From assembly GCA_964016885.1 (NCBI GenBank), contig OZ024744.1, positions 27,900,001 to 27,964,000 of the forward strand: 64,000 nucleotides of DNA, read 5' to 3'. Shown piece by piece: positions 52,701 through 61,314 of this stretch; the first letter of the stretch is position 1, and every line of letters begins with the position of its first letter. Below the pieces are notes generated by a model, which had not been told where the DNA came from, did not search any database, and was given only the letters and a program-made list of their open reading frames with translations. The stretch comes from Eledone cirrhosa. Lineage: Eukaryota. The translations under genes were made by a program, and so were the position numbers.

Positions 52701-55700
52701 ATTGTCACTGTTGCTGTTGTTGTCGCTGTTATCTCTGTTATTGTCATTGTTGTTGTCGCTGTTATAACTGTTATTGTCATTGTTTTTGTTGTTGTTGTTG
52801 TTATAACTGTTACTGTCATTGTTGTTGTTGTCGCTGTTATCACTGTTATTTTCATTGTTGTTGTTGTCGCTGTTATCACTGTTATTGTCACTGTTGTTGT
52901 TGTTGTCGCTGTTATCACTGTTATTGTCACTGTTGTTGTTGTTGTCACTGTTATAAATGTTATTGTCACTGTTGTCGTTGTTGTCGCTGTTATCACTGTT
53001 ATTGTCACTGTTGTTGTCGCTGTTATCACTGTTATTGTCACTGTTGTTATTGTTGTTGTTGCTGTTATCACTGTTATTGTCACTGTTGTAGTTGTTGTCG
53101 CTGTTATAACTGTTATTGTCACTGTTGTTGTTGTTGCTGTCGCTGTTATTACTGTTATTGTCATTGTTGTTGTTGTTGTGGCTGTTATCACTGTTATTGT
53201 CACTGTTGTTGTCGCTGTTATCACTGTTATTTTCATTGTTGTTGTTCTCTCTGTTATCACTGTTATTGTCACTGTTATTGTCACTGTAGTTGTTGTTCTC
53301 GCTGTTATAACTGTTATTGTGTCTGTTGTTGTTGTCGCTGTTATAACTGTTATTGTCATTGTTGTTGTTGTTGTCGCTGTTATCACTGTTATTAACATTG
53401 TTGTTGTTGTTGTTCCCGCTGCTATCCCTGTTATTGTCATTGTTGTTGTTGTTGTACTCGCTGTTATCACTGTTATTGTCATTGTTGTTGTTGTTGTCGC
53501 TGTTATCACTGTTATTGTCACTGTTTTTGTTGTTGTCACTATTATCACTGTTATTGTCACTGTTGTTTTTGTTGTTGTCGCTGTTATCACTGTTATTGTG
53601 ACTGTTGTTGTTGTTGTTGTCGCTGTTATCACTGTTATTAACACTGTTGTTGCTGTTGTTCTCGCTGTTATCACTGTTATTGTCACTGTTGTTGTTGTTC
53701 TCGCTGTTACCACTGTTATTGTCAATGTTGTTGTTGTTGTCGCTGTTATAACTGTTATTGTCACTGTTGTTGTTGTTGTCGATGTTATAACTCTTATTGT
53801 CACTGTTGTTGTTGTTGTTGTCGTTGTTATCACTGTTATTGTCATTGTTGTTATTGTCGCTGTTATCACTGTTATTAACATTGTTGTTGTTGTTGTTGTT
53901 GTCGCTGTTATCACTGTTATTGTCACTGTTGTTGTTGTTGTTGTCGCTTCTATAACTGTTATTGTCACTATTGCTGTTGTTGTTGTCGCTGTTATCACTC
54001 TTATTGTCATTGTTGTTGTTGTCGCTGTTATCACTGTTATTGTCACTGTTGTTGTTCTCGCTGTTATAACTGTTATTCTCACTGTTGTTGTTCTCGCTGT
54101 TATCAATGGTAGTGACACTGTTGTTGTTTTTATTGCCGCTGTTAGAACTGTTATTGTCACTGTTGTTATTGTTGTTGTCGCTGTTATAACTGTTATTGTC
54201 ACTGTTGTTGTTGTTGTTCTCGCTGTTATCACTGTTATTGTCATTGTTGTTGTTGTCGCTGTTATCACTGTTATTGTCATTGTTGTTGTTGTCGCTGTTA
54301 TCACTGTTATTGTCACTGTTGTTGTTGTTCTCGCTGTTATCACTGTTATTGTCACTGTTGTTGTTCTTCTCGCTGTTATCACTGTTATTGTCATTGTTGT
54401 TGTTGTTGTGTTCGCTGTTATAACTGTTATTGTCATTGTTGTTGTAGTTGTTTTCGCTGTTATCACTGTTATTGTCACTGTTGTTGTTGTCGCTGGTATA
54501 ACTGTTATTGTCACTGTTGTTTTTGTTGTTGTCGCTGTTATCACTGTTATTGTCACTGTTGTTGTTGTCGCTGTTATAACTGTTATTGTCACTGTTGTTG
54601 TTGTTGTTGTCACTGTTATCACTGTTATTGTCACTGTTGTTGTTGTTCTCGCTGTTATCACTGTTATTGTCATTGTTGTTGTTGTCGCTGTTATCACTGT
54701 TATTGTCACTGTTGCTGTTGTTGTCGCTGTTATCTCTGTTATTGTCATTGTTGTTGTCGCTGTTATAACTGTTATTGTCATTGTTGTTGTTGTTGTTGTT
54801 GCTGTTATAACTGTTACTGTCATTGTTGTTGTTGTTGTCGCTGTTATCGCTGTTATTTTCATTGTTGTTGTTGTCGCTGTTATCACTGTTATTGTCACTT
54901 TTGTTGTTGTTGTCGCTGTTATCACTGTTATTGTCACTGTTGTTGTTGTTGTCACTGTTATAAATGTTATTGTCACTGTTGTCATTGTTGTCGCTGTTAT
55001 CACTGTTATTGTCACTGTTGTTGTTGTTGTCGCTGTCATAACTGTTCTTTTCACTGTTGTTGTTGTTGTTCTCTCTGTTATCACTGTTATTGTCACTGTT
55101 GTAGTTGTTGTCGCTGTTATAACTGTTATTGTCACTGTTGTTGTTGTTGCTGTCGCTGTTATCACTGTTATTGTCATTGTTGTTGTTGTTGTGGCTGTTA
55201 TCACTGTTATTGTCACTGTTGTTGTCGCTGTTATCACTGTTATTTTCATTGTTGTTGTTGTTGTTCTCTCTGTTATCACTGTTATTGTCACTGTTGTTGT
55301 TGTTCTCGCTGTTATAATTGTCATTGTGACTGTTGTTGTTGTCGCTGTTATAACTGTTATTGTCATTGTTGTTGTTGTTGTCGCTGTTATCACTGTTATT
55401 AACACTGTTGTTGTTGTTGTTCTCGCTGTTATCACTGTTATTGTCACTGTTGTTGTTGTTGTCGCTGTTATCACTGTTGTCATTGTTGTTGTTGTTGTCG
55501 CTGTTATCACTGTTATTGTCCCTGTTGTTGTTGTCGCTGTTATAAATGTTATTGTCACTATTGCTTTTGTTGTTGTCGCTCTTATCACTCTTATTGTCAT
55601 TGCTGTTGTTGTTTTCGCTGTTATAACTGTTATTGTCATTGTTGTTGTTGTTGTCACTGTTATCACTGTTATTGTCACCGTTGTTGTTGTCGCTGTTATC

Positions 55701-57105
55701 ACTGTTATTTTAATTGTTGTTGTTGTCGCTGTTATCACTGTTATTTTCACTGTTGTTGTTGTTGTTGTCGCTGTTATCACTGTTATTGTCACAGTTGTTG
55801 TTGTCGCTGTTGTCATTGTTATTGTCATTGTCGTTGTTGTCGCTTTTATAACTGTTATTGTCATTGTAGTTGTTGTTGTCGCTGTTATAACTGTTATTGT
55901 CACTGTTGTTGTTGTTGCTGTCGGTGTTATAACTGTTATTAGTTACTGTTGTTGTTGTTGTTGTTCTCGCTGTTACCACTTTTATTGTCAATGTTGTTGT
56001 TGTTGTTGTCGCTGTTATAACTGTTATTGTCACTGTTATTGTTGTTGTTGTCGCTGTTATAACTCTTATTGTCACTGTTGTTGTTGTTGTCGCTATTATC
56101 ACTGTTATTGTCACTGTTGTTTTTGTTGTTGTCGCTGTTATCACTGTTATTTTCATTGTTTTTGTTGTTGTTCTCGCATTTATCACTGTTATTGTCAGTG
56201 TTGTTGTTGTTGTTCTCGCTGTTATCACTGTTGTCGTCACTGTTGTTGTTGTTGTCGCTGTTATATCTGTTATTGTCGTTGTTATAACTGTTATTGTCAT
56301 TGTTGTTGTTGTCGCTGTTATCATTGTTATTGACACTGTTGTTGCTGTTGTTCTCGCTGTTATCACTGTTATTGTCACTGTTGTTGTTGTTGTTCTCGCT
56401 GTTACCACTGTTATTGTCAATGTTGTTGTTGTTGTCGCTGTTATAACTGTTATTGTCACTGTTGTTGTTGTCGCTGTTATAACTGTTATTGTCATTGTTG
56501 TTGTTGTCGCTGTTATCACTGTTATTGTCACTGTTGTTGTTGTTCTCGCTGTTATCACAGTTATTGTCACTGTTGTTGTTCTTCTCGCTGTTATCACTGT
56601 TATTGTCATTGTTGTTGTTGTTGTGTTCGCTGTTATAACTGTTATTGTCATTGTTGTTGTTGTTGTTGTCGCTGTTATCACTGTTATTGTCACTGTTGTT
56701 GTTGTCGGTGGTATAACTGTTATTGTCACTGTTGTTTTTGTTGTTGTCGCTGTTATCACTGTTATTGTCACTGTTGTTGTTGTCGCTGTTATAACTGTTA
56801 TTGTCACTGTTGTTGTTGTCAATGTTAGCACTCTTATTGTCACTGTTGTTGTTGTTCTCGCTGTTATCACTGTTATTGTCATTGTTGTTGTTGTCGCTGT
56901 TATCACTGTTATTGTCACTGTTGTTGTTGTTCTCGCTGTTATCACTGTTATTGTCATTGTTGTTGTTGTTGTGTTCGCTGTTATAACTGTTATTTTCATT
57001 GTTGTTGTTGTTGTTGTCGCTGTTATCACTGTTATTGTCACTGTTGTTGTTGTCGCTGGTATAACTGTTATTGTCACTGTTGTTTTTGTTGTTGTCGCTG
57101 TTATC

Positions 57106-60100
57106 ACTGTTATTGTCACTGTTGTTTTTGTTGTTGTCGCTGTTATCACTGTTATTGTCACTGTTGTTGTTGTCGCTGTTATAACTGTTATTGTCACTGT
57201 TGTTGTTGTCACTGTTATCACTCTTATTGTCACTGTTGTTGTTGTTCTCGCTGTTATCAATGGTATTGACACTGTTGTTGTTTTTATTGTCGCTGTTAGA
57301 ACTGTTATTGTCACTGTTGTTATTGTTGTTGTCGCTGTTATAACTGTTATTGTCACTGTTGTTGTTGTTGTTGTTCTCGCTGTTATCACTGTTATTGTCA
57401 TTGTTGTTGTTGTCGCTGTTATCACTGTTATTGTCATTGTTGTTGTTGTCGCTGTTATCACTGTTATTGTCACTGTTGTTGTTGTTCTCGCTGTTATCAC
57501 TGTTATTGTCACTGTTGTTGTTCTTCTCGCTGTTATCACTGTTATTGTCATTGTTGTTGTTGTGTTCGCTGTTATAACTGTTATTGTCATTGTTGTTGTA
57601 GTTGTTTTCGCTGTTATCACTGTTATTGTCACTGTTGTTGTTGTCGCTGGTATAACTGTTATTGTCACTGTTGTTTTTGTTGTTGTCGCTGTTATCACTG
57701 TTATTGTCACTGTTGTTGTTGTCGCTGTTATAACTGTTATTGTCACTGTTGTTGTTGTTGTTGTCACTGTTATCACTGTTAATGTCACTGTTGTTGTTGT
57801 TCTCGCTGTTATCACTGTTATTGTCATTGTTGTTGTTGTCGCTGTTATCACTGTTATTGTCACTGTTGCTGTTGTTGTCGCTGTTATCTCTGTTATTGTC
57901 ATTGTTGTTGTCGCTGTTATAACTGTTATTGTCATTGCTGTTGTTGTCGCTGTTATCACTGTTATTGTCACTGTTGCTGTTGTTCTCGCTGTTATCACTG
58001 TTATTTTCATTGTTGTTGTTGTCGCTGTTATCACTGTTATTGTCACTGTTGTTGTTGTTGTCGTTGTTATCACTGTTATTTTCACTGTAGTTGTTGTTGT
58101 CACTGTTATAAATGTTATTGTCACTGTTGTCATTGTTGTCGCTGTTATCACTGTTATTGTCACTGTTGCTGTTGTTGTCGCTGTTATCTCTGTTATTGTC
58201 ATTGTTGTTGTCGCTGTTATAACTGTTATTGTCATTGTTGTTGTTGTCGCTGTTATCACTGTTATTGTCACTGTTGCTGTTGTTCTCGCTGTTATCACTG
58301 TTATTTTCATTGTTGTTGTTGTCGCTGTTATCACTGTTATTGTCACTGTTGTTGTTGTTGTTGTCGCTGTTATCACTGTTATTGTCACTGTTGTAGTTGT
58401 TGTCGCTGTTATAACTGTTATTGTCACTGTTGTTTTTGTTGCTGTCGCTGTTATCACTGTTATTGTCATTGTTGTTGTTGTTGTGGCTGTTATCACTGTT
58501 ATTGTCACTGTTGTTGTCGCTGTTATCACTGTTATTTTCATTGTTGTTGTTGTTGTTCTCTCTGTTATCACTGTTATTGTCACTGTTATTGTCACTGTTG
58601 TTGTTGTTCTCGCTGTTATAATTGTCATTGTGACTGTTGTTGTTGTCGCTGTTATAACTGTTATTGTCATTGTTGTTGTTGTTGTCGCTGTTATCACTGT
58701 TATTAACACTGTTGTTGTTGTTGTTCTCGCTGTTATCACTGTTATTGTCACTGTTGTTGTTGTTGTCGCTGTTATAAATGTTATTGTCACTATTGCTTTT
58801 GTTGTTGTCGCTCTTATCACTCTTATTGTCATTGCTGTTGTTGTTCTCGGTGCTATCCCTGTTATTGTCATTGTTGTTGTTGTTGTACTCGCTGTTATCA
58901 CTGTTATTGTCATTGTTGTTGTTGTTGTCGCTGTTATCACTGTTATTGTCACTGTTTTTGTTGTTGTTGTCGCTGTTATCACTGTTATTGTCATTGTTGT
59001 TGTTGTCGCTGTTGTCATTGTTATTGTCATTGTCGTTGTTGTCGCTTTTATAACTGTTATTGTCATTGTAGTTGTTGTTGTCGCTGTTATAACTGTTATT
59101 GTCACTGTTGTTGTTGTTGCTGTCGGTGTTATAACTGTTATTGTCACTGTTGTTGTTGTTGTTGTCGCTGTTATCACTGTTATTGTCATTGTTGTTGTTG
59201 TCGCTGTTATCACTGTTATTGTCATTGTTGTTGTTGTCGCTGTTATCACTGTTATTGTCACTGTTGTTGTTGTTCTCGCTGTTATCACTGTTATTGTCAC
59301 TGTTGTTGTTCTTCTCGCTGTTATCACTGTTATTGTCATTGTTGTTGTTGTTGTGTTCGCTGTTATAACTGTTATTGTCATTGTTGTTGTTGTTGTTGTT
59401 GTTGTCGCTGTTATCACTGTTATTGTCACTGTTGTTGTTGTCGCTGGTATAACTGTTATTGTCACTGTTGTTTTTGTTGTTGTCGCTGTTATCACTGTTA
59501 TTGTCACTGTTGTTGTTGTCGCTGTTATAACTGTTATTGTCACTGTTGTTGTTGTCACTGTTATCACTCTTATTGTCACTGTTGTTGTTGTTCTCGCTGT
59601 TATCAATGGTATTGACACTGTTGTTGTTTTTATTGTCGCTGTTAGAACTGTTATTGTCACTGTTGTTATTGTTGTTGTCGCTGTTATAACTGTTATTGTC
59701 ACTGTTGTTGTTGTTGTTGTTCTCGCTGTTATCACTGTTATTGTCATTGTTGTTGTTGTCGCTGTTATCACTGTTATTGTCATTGTTGTTGTTGTCGCTG
59801 TTATCACTGTTATTGTCACTGTTGTTGTTGTTCTCGCTGTTATCACTGTTATTGTCACTGTTGTTGTTCTTCTCGCTATTATCACTGTTATTGTCATTGT
59901 TGTTGTTGTGTTCGCTGTTATAACTGTTATTGTCATTGTTGTTGTAGTTGTTTTCGCTGTTATCACTGTTATTGTCACTGTTGTTGTTGTCGCTGGTATA
60001 ACTGTTATTGTCACTGTTGTTTTTGTTGTTGTCGCTGTTATCACTGTTATTGTCACTGTTGTTGTTGTCGCTGTTATAACTGTTATTGTCACTGTTGTTG

Positions 60101-61314
60101 TTGTTGTTGTCACTGTTATCACTGTTAATGTCACTGTTGTTGTTGTTCTCGCTGTTATCACTGTTATTGTCATTGTTGTTGTTGTCGCTGTTATCACTGT
60201 TATTGTCACTGTTGCTGTTGTTGTCGCTGTTATCTCTGTTATTGTCATTGTTGTTGTCGCTGTTATAACTGTTATTGTCATTGCTGTTGTTGTCGCTGTT
60301 ATCACTGTTATTGTCACTGTTGCTGTTGTTCTCGCTGTTATCACTGTTATTTTCATTGTTGTTGTTGTCGCTGTTATCACTGTTATTGTCACTGTTGTTG
60401 TTGTTGTCGTTGTTATCACTGTTATTTTCACTGTAGTTGTTGTTGTCACTGTTATAAATGTTATTGTCACTGTTGTCATTGTTGTCGCTGTTATCACTGT
60501 TATTGTCACTGTTGCTGTTGTTGTCGCTGTTATCTCTGTTATTGTCATTGTTGTTGTCGCTGTTATAACTGTTATTGTCATTGTTGTTGTTGTCGCTGTT
60601 ATCACTGTTATTGTCACTGTTGCTGTTGTTCTCGCTGTTATCACTGTTATTTTCATTGTTGTTGTTGTCGCTGTTATCACTGTTATTGTCACTGTTGTTG
60701 TTGTTGTTGTCGCTGTTATCACTGTTATTGTCACTGTTGTAGTTGTTGTCGCTGTTATAACTGTTATTGTCACTGTTGTTTTTGTTGCTGTCGCTGTTAT
60801 CACTGTTATTGTCATTGTTGTTGTTGTTGTGGCTGTTATCACTGTTATTGTCACTGTTGTTGTCGCTGTTATCACTGTTATTTTCATTGTTGTTGTTGTT
60901 GTTCTCTCTGTTATCACTGTTATTGTCACTGTTATTGTCACTGTTGTTGTTGTTCTCGCTGTTATAATTGTCATTGTGACTGTTGTTGTTGTCGCTGTTA
61001 TAACTGTTATTGTCATTGTTGTTGTTGTTGTCGCTGTTATCACTGTTATTAACACTGTTGTTGTTGTTGTTCTCGCTGTTATCACTGTTATTGTCACTGT
61101 TGTTGTTGTTGTCGCTGTTATAAATGTTATTGTCACTATTGCTTTTGTTGTTGTCGCTCTTATCACTCTTATTGTCATTGCTGTTGTTGTTCTCGGTGCT
61201 ATCCCTGTTATTGTCATTGTTGTTGTTGTTGTACTCGCTGTTATCACTGTTATTGTCATTGTTGTTGTTGTTGTCGCTGTTATCACTGTTATTGTCACTG
61301 TTTTTGTTGTTGTC
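57106..61314. repeat. Direct duplication of ~1.86 kb at offset 2346 bp (~57106-58968 and ~59452-61314)
   Basis: Track ORFs are offset 2346 (57350/59696, 57740/60086, 58421/60767, 58778/61124). Rare CTC-GGT-GCT-ATC-CCT allele at ATCCCT 58855/61201. Confidence 0.9.
57835..58360. repeat. 300-bp-period local re-iteration, also present at ~60180-60705 and ~63425-63950
   Basis: Lines 57841 and 58141 are identical, as are 57961 and 58261. The same 300-bp spacing of the ATC-TCT marker recurs in the two later copies. Confidence 0.85.

Larger units (their letters stand above)
29050..55620. repeat. Three-copy super-repeat starting at ~29050, ~38680 and ~49380 (spacings ~9.63 and ~10.70 kb)
   Basis: The GTC-TAT variant ends track ORFs at 29262/38893/49590. 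(GTT)9-GTC-GCG at 29383/39014/49711. GTCGC^GTT 1-nt deletion at 31616/41252/51953. ACT-TTT-ATT variant at ~29134/~38765/~49462. Confidence 0.88.
5885..55941. other. Thirteen register-shifting indels of six kinds, the only breaks in triplet phase
   Basis: -1 at ~5885; +A (ATT-A-GTT-ACT) at 15432, 20248, 25562, 55941; -2 at ~28505; -T (GTC-GC-GTT) at 31616, 41252, 45060, 51953; -1 at ~36196; -C (GTT-GT-GTT-GTA) at 40262, 44070. Each coincides with a composition switch or termination in the ORF track. Confidence 0.88.
20090..56880. repeat. Long-range direct duplication: ~20090-21200 recurs at ~55780-56880 (offset ~35.7 kb); a related shorter copy lies at ~25400-26340
   Basis: Shared ATT-A-GTT-ACT insertion (20248/55941/25562). 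Identical 72-aa track ORFs at 20382 and 56069. Rare GTTATATCT (~20573/~56260) and GTTAGCACT (~21137/~56824). Confidence 0.82.

Noticed and set aside
31475-53395. Cys/His/Tyr-rich 523-527 aa ORFs (31475, 41111, 44919, 51812) as metallothionein or keratin-associated proteins
   Set aside because: They are simply the TGT frame of (GTT)n, entered through the GTCGC^GTT deletion. Their four copies mirror the array's duplications.
211-56333. Giant + strand Val/Ile/Thr/Ala ORFs (e.g. 211..5949, 6666..16316, 45520..51960) as membrane or structural proteins
   Set aside because: They are thousands of almost purely hydrophobic residues with no loops, domains or unique termini. Starts are arbitrary GTG variants and ends are set by frameshifts. 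RYY triplets cannot easily mutate to stops.
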